NCBI GenBank assembly: GCA_031425655.1
Contig: JANPJS010000222.1
Location: forward strand, 1-51,652
Direction: 5' to 3'
Length of the DNA: 51,652 bases
Origin: Abditibacteriaceae bacterium
Lineage (GTDB): Bacteria > Armatimonadota > Abditibacteriia > Abditibacteriales > Abditibacteriaceae
Shown here: piece after piece, positions 1 through 9,418 of the stretch
How the letters are laid out: each line of letters opens with the position of its first letter
How positions within the stretch are numbered: the first letter of the stretch is position 1
Translations under genes and position numbers: made by a program
Notes under the pieces: generated by a model
Databases searched by the model: none
What the model saw: the letters and a program-made list of their open reading frames with translations, nothing else
Told to the model about the DNA's origin: nothing

Positions 1-151
1 AGAAGCGCTGTCATTCTGAGCTTGCGAAGAATCTCGGCTTATGCGGTGTTCTTGCTCATGCTGAGTGTGGAGGCTCTTACGCAGAGATTCTTCGCAAGCT
101 CAGAATGACTCAATGCCTCAGTGGTTGATCCGCCTAACACACCCCACTGCG
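1..151. mobile_element. MITE/REP-like palindromic element (truncated by window edge); inverted copy of 26303-26499
   Basis: Inner inverted repeat gtcattctgagcttgcgaagaatctc...gagattcttcgcaagctcagaatgac (10-109); right end cctaacacaccccactgcg|ta matches the terminus of the 26303-26499 element. Confidence 0.8.
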
Positions 152-265
152 TAACATGAATTTATAAGGCAATGCGATTTTTTCACTCAGGCGCGGCTTC
201 ACTTTGATCGAACTCCGGGTCGTCATCAGGGCAATCGCATTAGAAAATTGGGAGGCCAAAGAGAG

Positions 266-380
266 TGTCATTCCGAGCGGGCGCCCTCTGGGCAGGGTCG
301 AGGAATCTTTTGCCGCGTAAAACAAAGATTTCTCCACTTCACTCCGCTCGCAAGCTCGCTCCATTTCGGTCGAAATGACA
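266..380. repeat. REP-like palindromic element (tgtcattccgagcg...gtcgaaatgaca) carrying the 19-bp insert
   Basis: Terminal tgtcatt...aatgaca inverted repeat, internal aatcttt/aaagatt stem, CGGGCGCCCTCTGGGCAGG at 278-296. Confidence 0.75.
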
Positions 381-432
381 CCTACTTTGCTATTTTCAAA
401 CATTTTCTAAAGATATCGCATATCTTTTCGAC

Positions 433-478
433 AATCCGCCATTTCGCGGATGGTTCAGCGTGTTCGCGGCTCTAAAAT
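433..478 (+). promoter_or_regulatory. Palindromic activator box plus -10 element (TAAAAT 473-478)
   Basis: AATCCGCCATTTCGCGGATG at 433-452; 21 nt between the 18-bp core and the -10; the same geometry recurs at four other promoters. Confidence 0.7.
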
Positions 479-517
479 GCCATACGAAGCAGATGTAAAA
501 GCGAAGGTGACAAGACG

Positions 518-874
518 ATGAAGACAATTCTTCTGGTCGAAGACGACCGCCAGTGCGGATTGCTTTACGAGGAAGAGCTGAGCGAGTCCGGTTATCGCGT
601 ATTGCGCGCGATGGATGGGCCGCAGGCGTTGCAACTAATGCAGCAGAAACCGGATCTGGTTGTGCTCGACATCAATTTGCCGGGCATGAACGGGCTGGAA
701 GTGATGGGAAAGCTGTTGGCTGAAGATCCCCGGCTGCCGGTCATTCTCAACTCAGCTTATGGCGCCTATCAAGACGATTTTCTGAGTTGGGCGGCGAATG
801 CTTACGTCATCAAGAGCAGTGATTTGAGCGAGTTGAAATCACAAATCTCTGAGGCATTGACTGGGATTTCTTAA
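518..874 (+). CDS. Single-domain (CheY-like) response regulator
   Basis: 118 aa; ILLVEDD, LVVLD(INLPGMNG), and YVIKS receiver motifs; RBS gaaggtga. Confidence 0.92.
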   Translation: MKTILLVEDDRQCGLLYEEELSESGYRVLRAMDGPQALQLMQQKPDLVVLDINLPGMNGLEVMGKLLAEDPRLPVILNSAYGAYQDDFLSWAANAYVIKSSDLSELKSQISEALTGIS

Positions 875-969
875 GAATCAGTCTGAAAAGTCCTGCCGTT
901 TTGCCACTCCAGATGTCTCGCCCCTGCCCGGAGGGCGCCCGCTCGACATGACACTTTTCAGACTGCTTT
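875..969. mobile_element. MITE-like element inserted at the TAA stop of the response regulator
   Basis: Sub-terminal inverted repeat agtctgaaaagt/acttttcagact 5 nt inside each end, flanked by TAA on both sides; contains a half REP with the 19-bp insert (923-941). Confidence 0.7.
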
Positions 970-1127
970 TAAAACCGGCCCGTCCACGACTGGGCCAAAG
1001 GCAGGCGAAACGCGGCGCTTTTGAGGCGGCATGAATTTTATCCGGTATTCGGCTCCGTGGCGGAGCAAATCGTGCGATGGCGGCCCAAATAGATTCGATT
1101 AAATAGGTTCGATCAAGAGGAAAGACT

Positions 1128-2195
1128 ATGTTTGAAACCGGCATCAACCCCTGGCACATCACGGAACTGGATTTTCTCACGGAGCGATCTCAATCCGACA
1201 AGCTGCGCTTTCTTTTGAACTACGCGGTGCTGGCGCCTTCGGGGCACAACACGCAGCCGTGGCTGTTTCGTGTCGGCGAGGACTGGGTTGAGATTCATGC
1301 CGACAAGTCGCGCGCCCTGCCGGTGATTGATCCGGGCCACCGCGAACTCATCATGAGCTGCGGCGCGGCTCTGCTTAATCTGCGCCTCGCGCTGCGGCAC
1401 TTCGGCTACCAGCCTCGGATAGAATTGCTGCCCGACTCTGTTCAGCCCGACTTAATGGCGCGCGTTCTCGTGGGCGATAACGCGGCGGCGACGGCTGAAG
1501 AAGACTCGCTTTTTGCGATGATTCCGCACCGGCGCACCAACCGTCAGGCTTTCGCGGATCGCCCTGTGCCGCCTTCGCTGCTGGCCGAACTGCAAGCGGC
1601 AGCGTCGGCAGAAGGCGCCTGGCTTCATATTGTCGAGAGCGCCGCTGCGCGGCGATTAGTGGCCGATTTGATCACTGTCGGCGACTATCTGCAAGGCAAG
1701 GACTTAGAATTTCGCCGCGAATTGGAAGCGTGCATTCGTCCGGCGCGCAGCAGTGAGCGCGAGGGCATCCCGACCTATGCGCTGGGCGAGGGCGGCGCTC
1801 CTGCCTACGTCGCGCCGCTGTCAGCCTCCGGGCACCTGTCAGTCTCCGGCCACAGCGACGGCGCCGAAGATAGCCAGGTAGCGGCGGGCTTACCGGTTTT
1901 AGCCGTTATGGGCACTGAAGCGAACCATCCGCGCGACTGGCTGCTGGCGGGACAGGCTTTGGAGCGTGTGCTGCTGCGAGCGCGGGCCGATGAAGTGTGG
2001 GCCTCGTTCTTGAATCATCCTGTCGAAGTCGCTGGCTTATGGCCGGAGTTGCGCGGCATCACCGGACGCGGCGGTTTTCCGCAATTCCTGTTGCGCTTCG
2101 GCTATGCGGCTGACTCCGCTGTGCCACAGCCGACACCACGCCGCACAGTGGATGAGGTGATAATTGATTACAAGCTATTTCAAAAGCTGTTTTAG
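1128..2195 (+). CDS. Acg-family FMN-binding nitroreductase-like protein
   Basis: AVLAPSGHNTQPW, SCGAALLNL, RRTNR and PTPRR motifs typical of Acg/Rv2032/Rv3131-type proteins. Confidence 0.9.
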   Translation: MFETGINPWHITELDFLTERSQSDKLRFLLNYAVLAPSGHNTQPWLFRVGEDWVEIHADKSRALPVIDPGHRELIMSCGAALLNLRLALRHFGYQPRIELLPDSVQPDLMARVLVGDNAAATAEEDSLFAMIPHRRTNRQAFADRPVPPSLLAELQAAASAEGAWLHIVESAAARRLVADLITVGDYLQGKDLEFRRELEACIRPARSSEREGIPTYALGEGGAPAYVAPLSASGHLSVSGHSDGAEDSQVAAGLPVLAVMGTEANHPRDWLLAGQALERVLLRARADEVWASFLNHPVEVAGLWPELRGITGRGGFPQFLLRFGYAADSAVPQPTPRRTVDEVIIDYKLFQKLF

Positions 2196-2299
2196 ATGAA
2201 TTTTGCCTCGCACGGCGACCCCCAAACCCCCTTACTAAGGGGGCTGGGGGTCGCCTCAGGCGCGCTTTTCCTCTATTATCCGACTTTTGAAATAGTCTG
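2171..2299. mobile_element. MITE-like element overlapping the 3' end of the nitroreductase
   Basis: ctatttcaaaag (2175-2186) / cttttgaaatag (2284-2295) inverted repeat, TA flanks, internal GC hairpin ggcgacccc...ggggtcgcc. Confidence 0.65.
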
Positions 2300-2315
2300 T
2301 AGGGAAGATTACGCG

Positions 2316-2357
2316 AAAAGAAGGCTTGTCATTCTGAATGACAAGCCTTCTTTTTTT
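2316..2357. terminator. Bidirectional intrinsic terminator between convergent nitroreductases
   Basis: aaaagaaggcttgtcatt-ctg-aatgacaagccttctttt with A and T tracts on either side. Confidence 0.85.
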
Positions 2358-2393
2358 GGTTCTTAAGTTTTAAAACGACTGTTCAAACGCTTT

Positions 2394-3515
2394 TTAAGGG
2401 CTTTGGCGCCCGCTGCGGGAGCGCCGAAGATGCTCGGCCAGCGAGTGCAGAGTGATGTTGCAGGTCGTGACATCTTCGGCAGCGCGGCGCGCGGTTGGCG
2501 TGGCATCTTCGCTGGGGTAGCCTAAGCGGAACATCAATCGAGGATAGCCGGAACGCCCGACGATTTCACGCAAAGACGGACGCAATTGGCCGATTTCAAT
2601 CGGGCCGTTGAAGAAGCTGGCCGAGATTCCCGCCGCACTCGCACAAAGCAGCACACGCGCTAACGACTGGCCGGCACCAAGCCAATCGCGCGGGCCGTCC
2701 AAATCGCTGCCCAGCACAGCCAAAACCGGCGCGCTGCCGGCCAGCAGCCAATCTTTGTCAGCCTGGCTTTCACTCACGTTCAACAGCGGCAACGCGACGG
2801 GCGCCACACGCGAAGCCAGATTTCCCATGCCCAATGCATCGCCGGGAATGCCGTCGGCGCTTTTGCTTTGATGCGGGCGAATCCAGCTTGCGTGTTCACG
2901 TCGAAATTCGCGCTCGTGCCACTGCATGACATCGCCTTGTGCGACAAGCTCAATGAGCGCGGTGCGCTTCAGTGAGCTTTCGATTAAATGCAGCCACGCG
3001 CCCTCGCGCGCCGCTTCCTCGCACAGCTTGACCTGTAGGCTGGTGGGAATCGGCGTGTTCAAAAACAGGCTGCGGTTGGTATGGCGCTGGGCGATGGCCT
3101 CAAATAACAGTTCGGATTCGTTGTCAGGCGCACGCGGTTCGCCGAGCGTGACGCGCGCCAGTAAATCCGGGTCGGGCCGCATATTCTTCGCGCCGGGCAG
3201 CAGTTCCACCTGATCGGCGTAGCCAAAGTGCCTGATCGCCAACCGCAGGTGCAGCAGCGCCGCACCGCAGCCGATGATAAGTTCACTGCCGTGCGGATCG
3301 GAAATCGGCAAAGCGCGATTGCGGTCGGCAAAAAGGTCGGCGTGCCCGTCCGAGACTTCCCAAATCCACGGCTGTGCGTTGTGGCTCGACGGCGCCAAAA
3401 CCGCGTAGCGCAGCAGGAAACGCAACTTTTCATTATCGCCGGCGGCCTCTGGAAATTGCGCCTGCCAATCGAGCCATGTTTGGGGATCAAGCGTGACAGC
3501 TTTTGAATTGCTCAT
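2394..3515 (-). CDS. Acg-family FMN-binding nitroreductase-like protein (paralogue)
   Basis: AVLAPSSHNAQPW, GCGAALLHL and RHTNR motifs; start moved to ATG 3515 (RBS ggag, removes overlap with the USP gene). Confidence 0.9.
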   Translation of the reverse strand: MSNSKAVTLDPQTWLDWQAQFPEAAGDNEKLRFLLRYAVLAPSSHNAQPWIWEVSDGHADLFADRNRALPISDPHGSELIIGCGAALLHLRLAIRHFGYADQVELLPGAKNMRPDPDLLARVTLGEPRAPDNESELLFEAIAQRHTNRSLFLNTPIPTSLQVKLCEEAAREGAWLHLIESSLKRTALIELVAQGDVMQWHEREFRREHASWIRPHQSKSADGIPGDALGMGNLASRVAPVALPLLNVSESQADKDWLLAGSAPVLAVLGSDLDGPRDWLGAGQSLARVLLCASAAGISASFFNGPIEIGQLRPSLREIVGRSGYPRLMFRLGYPSEDATPTARRAAEDVTTCNITLHSLAEHLRRSRSGRQSP

Positions 3516-3552
3516 TGTCTCCACTTCCCTTTGCACGAAGTTCGCAGCGGCT

Positions 3553-4098
3553 TCAATCTCCGTCCAGATACAATGCGCGGCTGGTCGCGTGGACAACTTC
3601 AAATTCGGGACGCAGTGCCGCCGGGTTAATCGGAGTGTCGCTGTTTTTTGGTGCCTCTTCGTGCGTGCGATTCACCGTCATCACCGGGCAGGGCGCGATT
3701 TGCAGCACGCGCGTTGCCACACTGCCCAATTCACCGGGCTGCAAGCCGCCGGCGCCGTGCGTGGTCAGCACAATCAAATCGGCGCCTTCTTCGCGTGCGG
3801 CGCGCATGATTTGCTCGGCGGTTTCCCCTTGTTTCAAAAGGGGCCGCGTCCGCACATGGGACGGCACCCGCTCCTCCAAAACGGCGCACAAGTTCTTGAC
3901 GGTTTCGGCGCGGCGGTCGGCTTCCGAATGCGCGTCCGGTGCGTAACCGGCTAAGGGCGTCAGCGCGCTGGGCGAGGGTTCGACGTGCAGCACGCAAATC
4001 TCCGTTGCACCTTTGCCGGCCAGTTTGATGGCTTGGCGTAGCCCTTCGTAAGAAGCCTCGCTGAAATCAGTCGGGCACAGAATTTTTTGGAATGTCAT
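3553..4098 (-). CDS. Universal stress protein (UspA family)
   Basis: FQKILCPTDFS, ADLIVLTTHG, LGSVATRVL..APCPV motifs; start moved to ATG 4098 (RBS aaggtga). Confidence 0.92.
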   Translation of the reverse strand: MTFQKILCPTDFSEASYEGLRQAIKLAGKGATEICVLHVEPSPSALTPLAGYAPDAHSEADRRAETVKNLCAVLEERVPSHVRTRPLLKQGETAEQIMRAAREEGADLIVLTTHGAGGLQPGELGSVATRVLQIAPCPVMTVNRTHEEAPKNSDTPINPAALRPEFEVVHATSRALYLDGD

Positions 4099-4147
4099 GG
4101 CAATCACCTTGTTTGGGTAAGTAAGCGCAGACGCGCTTCTACCTATC

Positions 4148-4193
4148 ATTTTGCGTTTTGAAGGGTGATGCCACATCCGCGAAACGGCGGATT
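4148..4193 (-). promoter_or_regulatory. Palindromic activator box plus -10 (CAAAAT) for the usp-acg operon
   Basis: Minus strand AATCCGCCGTTTCGCGGATG (4193-4174), 21-nt spacer, CAAAAT (4153-4148). Confidence 0.7.
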
Positions 4194-4206
4194 CTTCAGA
4201 TCAGAA

Positions 4207-4299
4207 AGGATGAGGGATGAAGGCGGAAGGATGAAAATCGGCGTTGCGCGCCGTCGGAGTGCGCGCCGAAGGCGCCTTCATCCCTCATCCCTCATCCCT
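4207..4299. repeat. Heptamer-based palindromic intergenic repeat
   Basis: aggatgagggatgaaggcg ... cgccttcatccctcatccctcatccct, directly after the kinase stop. Confidence 0.7.
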
Positions 4300-5596
4300 C
4301 TGCATTGCCGTTCCCCGGCAGATGAAAAACGAAGCTGGTGCCTTGTCCTTCTTCGCTTTCCACTTCGATATGCCCGCCGTGTTCGCCAATAATCTGCTGC
4401 GTGACGGTTAATCCCAGGCCGGTGCCGTGTTCGCGGTGTGTCACAAACGGCGTCCAGATTCCGGGCAATTTATCGCTTGCGATGCCTTTGCCGGTGTCGG
4501 CGATGGTGATGACGATTTCATCGTCATTACGGCGTGTCGAGAGGGTTAGCGTGCCGCCATCGGGCATGGCCTGCATGGCGTTGCGCGTCACGTTGAGAAA
4601 GGCGCGCAAGAGCGCCGAAGTGTTCATGCAAAGCAGCGGCAGCGCCGGAGCGTAATCCTTGCGCAGAACAATGTTGTGCTTGTCCCAATCGCCGCAGGCC
4701 AGCAGACAGGCGCGGTCGAGAACCTCGTGCAGATTGCCACTGGTTTTAGGCGCATCGCGCGGACGCGATAAATCCAGCAAATCGTTGAGCAACTCTTCCA
4801 ATCGCCCGATTTCCGAGGCGATGATTCCGGCGCGATGCCGCACTTTTTCCGCATCGTCGGGATGACGCGCCAAAGAGTGCGCGTAACCGCCCAACGTCAC
4901 CAGAGGATTGCGAATTTCATGTGAAACGTGCGCCACCATCTTGCCTACCGCAGCTAAAGTTTCGGCGCGTCCCAACTCGTCCTGCGCTTGACGCAAGTCA
5001 TCGGAGGAAGCACGCAGGCGGCGCAGCAAAAGCGCTTGGTAGCCGAAGACGAACGCCGCGCCGTAAAGCACGCAGCCTTCGACGATAACGTCCACGGGAC
5101 GCAGTTCTACGCCGGCCACGCGGTGCGACCACAACAATGCCAAGACGTAAAACGGCGTGAAGGCCAAAGCCGCCAAAAGACCGCCTCGCATCGAAAAGAA
5201 AAACGCCCCAGCCAAAACCGGCGTAAGCGCGTAGAAAAAGAATGGCGATGTGGCGCCGCCGGTCAGGGCCATTAAAGTCGCGCCGAAGGCCATATCCACG
5301 CCGAGCAGCAACGGCTGGCGCAACACGCGCCGGTCGAGTTTTTCGTGGGCTAAGCTCAACGCCAAATTCGCCGCGACCGCAACGGCGAAAATCTCCCACC
5401 ACAAAAGCCCCGACGTGAGCGCGCCCGGTTGCCACCAGACCACTAAAAGGGGCGGCAACAAACTCAGCCAACGCGCGCCGATCAAAAAGAGAAAGCCGTT
5501 TTCTTCGTGAATTACGCGCGCCAGCCAACGCCGCACGAGCGAGACTCGCTTGCCAATGGCAAGCGGCTCCGCTGAATTGATTGGCGTTAGTCTCAT
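4292..5596 (-). CDS. Membrane-bound sensor histidine kinase (HisKA + HATPase_c)
   Basis: About 5-6 hydrophobic N-terminal segments; H-box VSHEIRNPL, N-box NVTRNAMQA, DTGKGI and GTGLGL. Confidence 0.92.
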   Translation of the reverse strand: MRLTPINSAEPLAIGKRVSLVRRWLARVIHEENGFLFLIGARWLSLLPPLLVVWWQPGALTSGLLWWEIFAVAVAANLALSLAHEKLDRRVLRQPLLLGVDMAFGATLMALTGGATSPFFFYALTPVLAGAFFFSMRGGLLAALAFTPFYVLALLWSHRVAGVELRPVDVIVEGCVLYGAAFVFGYQALLLRRLRASSDDLRQAQDELGRAETLAAVGKMVAHVSHEIRNPLVTLGGYAHSLARHPDDAEKVRHRAGIIASEIGRLEELLNDLLDLSRPRDAPKTSGNLHEVLDRACLLACGDWDKHNIVLRKDYAPALPLLCMNTSALLRAFLNVTRNAMQAMPDGGTLTLSTRRNDDEIVITIADTGKGIASDKLPGIWTPFVTHREHGTGLGLTVTQQIIGEHGGHIEVESEEGQGTSFVFHLPGNGNAEG

Positions 5597-5632
5597 GGTT
5601 GTCCAGAGTTTAACGACTGAGCAGCGAGGCGC

Positions 5633-7531
5633 TTAGCCTGCCTCGACCGGCTCATCGAAGGGCACGTCCTCAAACTGATAACGCAGCATGACTTCACCGC
5701 CGATGGAAGTGGTCGTATCAGCGCGGCCCAGCACTTTCTCGAAAACGTGGCGCATCGGCGCGTTTTCTTGCAAAACCTGCGCGACGACGCCGGCAAAGCC
5801 GTTTTCGCGCGCGGCGTCGGTCAGCAATCGCAGCAAATGCTGCGCGATGCCCATCTTGCGATAATCCTCGTGAACCACAAAGGCGACTTCGGCCACGCGC
5901 GCCTCGGCATGGCCTTCATAGCGTCCGACGGCGACTATTTTTTCCGCGCCCGGCTCGCCGATTAAACCGACAATCGCCAACCGTGTGCGATAGTTGATCT
6001 GCACCAAATCGCTGGCGCGCTGATGCGGCATGGCTCGCGCGTAATAACCGTAACGCCCGCGAATGGTTTCCTCGTCGTGCGAATAAAAGAAGTCCTGCAA
6101 TAATCGCTCGTCCGAAGCGCGAATGGGCCGAAAGAAAATCGCCGTATCGCCGCGCTGCGGGTGCTGAAAAGTCTGCGTGTGTTCCAAACGCGCCGGATAA
6201 AAATGGCCTTGAAAACGCCGCAAATCGCCGTAAACGTAGCGGCGTTCTTTGGCCGCATCGAGCAGTTCGTTGCGAAAATCGGGATGCGCGATCTCCATTA
6301 AAGCCCTTGCGCGCTCGCCGACGCTTTTGCCGTGCAGCGATGCGATGCCGTATTCCGTGACGACATAATGCACGTCGCCCCGGCTTGTCACCACGCCCGA
6401 ACCTTCTTCCAGCGCCGCCACGATGCGCGATACTTTACCGCTTTGCGCCGTTGACGGCAGCGCGATAATCGGGCGTCCGCGCTTCGATTTGGCGGCGCCG
6501 CGCATGAAATCCACCTGCCCGCCGATGCCCGAATAAAAGCGGCTGCCCATGCTGTCGGCGCACACTTGTCCGGTCAAGTCAACCGCGATGGCCGAATTGA
6601 TCGCCACCATGTCGTCGTTGAGGCGAATCACGCCCGGATCGTTGGTGTAATCCGATGGATAAAACCCAACGTGCGGGTTTTCATCCACCCAATCGTAAAG
6701 CGCGCGTGTGCCCATGCAAAACGAAGTCACGATTTGCTGGCGATGCAGCGTTTTACGCTTGCCGTTGACCACGCCGCGCGCCACCAGTTCCATCAGGCCG
6801 TCAGAGAACATTTCGGTATGAACACCGAGATCGTTTTTCTGATGTAAATGCGACAAAACCGCGTTGGGAATGGCGCCGATGCCCATTTGCAGCGTGGCGC
6901 CATCCTTAACTAAACGCGCGACGTGCGCGCCGATTTGCCCGGCGATTTCCAGCGCGGCAGCATTGGGCGCTTCAAAACGCACTTCGCGCAAGGGTTCTTC
7001 GGCTTCGATGAGGCAGTCAATTTCGCTGATATGCACAAACGAATCGCCGAAAGTGCGCGGCATCAAGCGATTGACCTGCGCGATGACCAAACGCGCGCTT
7101 TGCGTCGCCGCCTTGACAATATCCACGCTGACGCCAAGCGAGCAAAAGCCCTGCGCGTCGGGCGGCGTGACTTGAATCAAAGCCGCGTCCAGCGGCATCG
7201 GGCCGGAAGTTAGCAGCGCGGGGATTTCCGACAGAAAAATCGGCGTGTAATCGGCGCGTCCGTCCTGCACCGCTTCGCGCACATTGGCGCCGATGAAAAA
7301 CGCATTGTGGCGAAAGTTATCGGCATATTCGGGCCGCACATAAGCCGCTTCGCCTTGCGTGAGAATGTGAATAATCGGGTTGTCGGCGAAGAAATGCGCG
7401 TGTTCAATCAAGCCGCGCGTGAGTGTGCCCGGCTCGGCGCAGCCCGACCCAATGAAAATGCGTCCGCCGCGCCGGATGCGCTTCAAAGCCGCTTCGACCG
7501 TCGTCAACTTCTTTTCGTATTCACTTCGCAT
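5633..7531 (-). CDS. Acetyl-CoA hydrolase/CoA-transferase (4-hydroxybutyrate CoA-transferase-like) fused to a C-terminal GNAT domain
   Basis: TLQMGIGAIP, GVHTEMFSDG (catalytic Glu), SGIGGQVDFMRGA and VVTEYG motifs; C-terminal AEVAFVV..DYRKMGIA GNAT motif A; start moved to ATG 7531 (RBS aaggag). Confidence 0.9.
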   Translation of the reverse strand: MRSEYEKKLTTVEAALKRIRRGGRIFIGSGCAEPGTLTRGLIEHAHFFADNPIIHILTQGEAAYVRPEYADNFRHNAFFIGANVREAVQDGRADYTPIFLSEIPALLTSGPMPLDAALIQVTPPDAQGFCSLGVSVDIVKAATQSARLVIAQVNRLMPRTFGDSFVHISEIDCLIEAEEPLREVRFEAPNAAALEIAGQIGAHVARLVKDGATLQMGIGAIPNAVLSHLHQKNDLGVHTEMFSDGLMELVARGVVNGKRKTLHRQQIVTSFCMGTRALYDWVDENPHVGFYPSDYTNDPGVIRLNDDMVAINSAIAVDLTGQVCADSMGSRFYSGIGGQVDFMRGAAKSKRGRPIIALPSTAQSGKVSRIVAALEEGSGVVTSRGDVHYVVTEYGIASLHGKSVGERARALMEIAHPDFRNELLDAAKERRYVYGDLRRFQGHFYPARLEHTQTFQHPQRGDTAIFFRPIRASDERLLQDFFYSHDEETIRGRYGYYARAMPHQRASDLVQINYRTRLAIVGLIGEPGAEKIVAVGRYEGHAEARVAEVAFVVHEDYRKMGIAQHLLRLLTDAARENGFAGVVAQVLQENAPMRHVFEKVLGRADTTTSIGGEVMLRYQFEDVPFDEPVEAG

Positions 7532-7541
7532 AACGAACTCC

Positions 7542-7652
7542 TTTAAACACAAAGATCACAAAGATTTGCACAAAGAATCACAAAGATTTGAAAAGGTTTT
7601 TTCAAGAGCTTTTGTGTTCTTTGTGCGATCTTTTGTGTTCTTTGTGTTTAAA
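7542..7652. repeat. Palindromic repeat built from cacaaag/ctttgtg units
   Basis: tttaaacacaaaga...tctttgtgtttaaa with four cacaaag units in the left arm and matching tttgtg units in the right arm. Confidence 0.8.
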
Positions 7653-7661
7653 CGTTTCTTT

Positions 7662-9320
7662 TCACCGGCAGAAAATTACTAAAATCTGCGCGGCCACGAT
7701 GCGCGCAATCATCACTATCGGGTAAACCGTCGCGTAAGTCACGGTGGGCGCGTCGGAATCCGTAGTGCTGTGCGCGAAAGCCAAAGCCGGCGGATCGGTC
7801 ATGCTGCCCGCCAGCAAGCCGCACAAACTCGGAAACGGCATTTTCATCACGAAACGAGCGACCAGCGCCGCCAAAACCAGCGGAACAAGCGTGATGAGCG
7901 AAGCTAAGGCCATCCAACGCCAACCGTCACCTTGCAGCAAAGTCGGCACGAAGTTGTCACCGGCTTTGAGACCAACACAGGCCAAAAACAAGATGATGCC
8001 GGTTTCGCGCAGCGCCGCACCCGCCGCCGGCGGCATATGCCAGACCAAAGGCCCGATGCGCCCGACGCGACTGAGCAAAATAGCGGCGAGCAGTGGCCCG
8101 CCGGCCAGCCCCAGCTTCACCGGCGCGGGAAAGCCCGGAAGGGCAAGTGGATAGCTGCCGAGCAGCACTCCCAGCGAGATGCCCAAGAATATCGCCGCCA
8201 TCGAAGGATGTTCCAGTTCCTTCGCCGAATCGCCGATTTCGCGCGCGGCTTCATCCAGCGCCGGCGGTGAACCGACAGTTAAGATTCTGTCGCCGAATTG
8301 CAGGCCCAAATCCGAGCGCGGCGGCAGTTGCACCCCGGCGCGATTGATGCGCGTGACCACCACACCAAAGCGCCCGGCCCAGTTCAGTTGATGAATACTT
8401 TTGCCCAAAATGGCGCGCTGAGTGACGATCAGGCTGCGCGTGGTGACTTCGCCCGGAGCTTCGCGCAAGTCCACCGGCGACTCCTCGCCGACGATGAGAC
8501 GAAATTCTTCCAATTCTTCTTTTGGCCCGACGGCGAGCAAAACGTCGCCGGTTTCAAGGCGCGTATCGCCGCGCGCCACTTCGACATTCCCATCATGCTG
8601 CACACGCGAAATCACCACGCCCGAATCTTTGAGTCGCGGCAGTTGGCGAATCGGCAGGCCGTTTAAATTCGCGTTGGTGACTTCGAGATTCAGCGTTTCC
8701 AGCGCGGCTTCACGGGGCGGCAGCGATGGTTCGACTTCGCGCACCATATCCGCGCGAAAGGCGCGCCGCGTCACGAGCATGGTGAGAATAATGCCCAGCA
8801 CGCCGAACGGATAAGCCACCGCGTAGCCCAAGCCGGGCATTTTTGCCATGTTCTCGGTTGCGCCCGGCAGTTCTTTCAACGCTTGTTGCGCGGCGGCCAG
8901 CGACGGCGTATTCGTGGTGCCGCCGGAAAATAAACCCACCGCGACGGGCATTGGCACGCCACCGAAGCGGCTCACGGCCACAGTGACCAAAACGCCGCAA
9001 ACCACGATGCCAAGCGCCAAACCATTGAGCGCCAACCCCTGCCGGCGCAGGCTGCTGAAAAAGCCCGGCCCGACTTGCACGCCGATGGCGTAAACGAAAA
9101 GAATCAGGCCAAATTCGCGTGCGAAGTCGAGAGTTTCATGCGAAAGCGTTAAGCCGAAATGCCCGAAGGTCAAACCCGCGAACAGCACACCGGCGATGCC
9201 CAGTTCGACACTTTTAATGCGAAGACTGCCCAGTCCTAAACCGCAAACCGCGACCAGACCAAGCACTAAAACCGCGTGCGCCACTGAATCTTCGATGAAC
9301 AAATCTTTGAGCCATTCCAT
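7662..9320 (-). CDS. AspT/YidE/YbjL-family transporter with two TrkA-C domains
   Basis: GLILFVYAIGVQVGPGFF, GGTTNTPSLAAA, GSMTDPPALAF and YATVYP motifs; start moved to ATG 9320. Confidence 0.9.
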   Translation of the reverse strand: MEWLKDLFIEDSVAHAVLVLGLVAVCGLGLGSLRIKSVELGIAGVLFAGLTFGHFGLTLSHETLDFAREFGLILFVYAIGVQVGPGFFSSLRRQGLALNGLALGIVVCGVLVTVAVSRFGGVPMPVAVGLFSGGTTNTPSLAAAQQALKELPGATENMAKMPGLGYAVAYPFGVLGIILTMLVTRRAFRADMVREVEPSLPPREAALETLNLEVTNANLNGLPIRQLPRLKDSGVVISRVQHDGNVEVARGDTRLETGDVLLAVGPKEELEEFRLIVGEESPVDLREAPGEVTTRSLIVTQRAILGKSIHQLNWAGRFGVVVTRINRAGVQLPPRSDLGLQFGDRILTVGSPPALDEAAREIGDSAKELEHPSMAAIFLGISLGVLLGSYPLALPGFPAPVKLGLAGGPLLAAILLSRVGRIGPLVWHMPPAAGAALRETGIILFLACVGLKAGDNFVPTLLQGDGWRWMALASLITLVPLVLAALVARFVMKMPFPSLCGLLAGSMTDPPALAFAHSTTDSDAPTVTYATVYPIVMIARIVAAQILVIFCR

Positions 9321-9338
9321 AAGCTGTTTCCTCTGAAA

Positions 9339-9384
9339 ATTCTGCCGCGCACGAGCCTCGAATGCATCCGCCAAACGGCGGATT
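9339..9384 (-). promoter_or_regulatory. Palindromic activator box plus -10 (CAGAAT) for the transporter operon
   Basis: Minus strand AATCCGCCGTTTGGCGGATG (9384-9365), 21-nt spacer, CAGAAT (9344-9339). Confidence 0.7.
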
Positions 9385-9418
9385 GGCCGTGCTAAACTCT
9401 CGTGCGGAGGGAAAAAAC

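Noticed and set aside
134..475. ORFs 134..403 and 248..475 (also 878..1180, 7380..7682, 10117..10299, 23277..23519, 26284..26502)
   Set aside because: They are translations of palindromic repeat DNA with no protein motifs.
1048..1065. Possible seventh activator box (ttcggc-tccgtg-gcggag) upstream of the first nitroreductase
   Set aside because: Three mismatches, lacks the AATCCGCC half, and no -10 at the 21-nt spacing.
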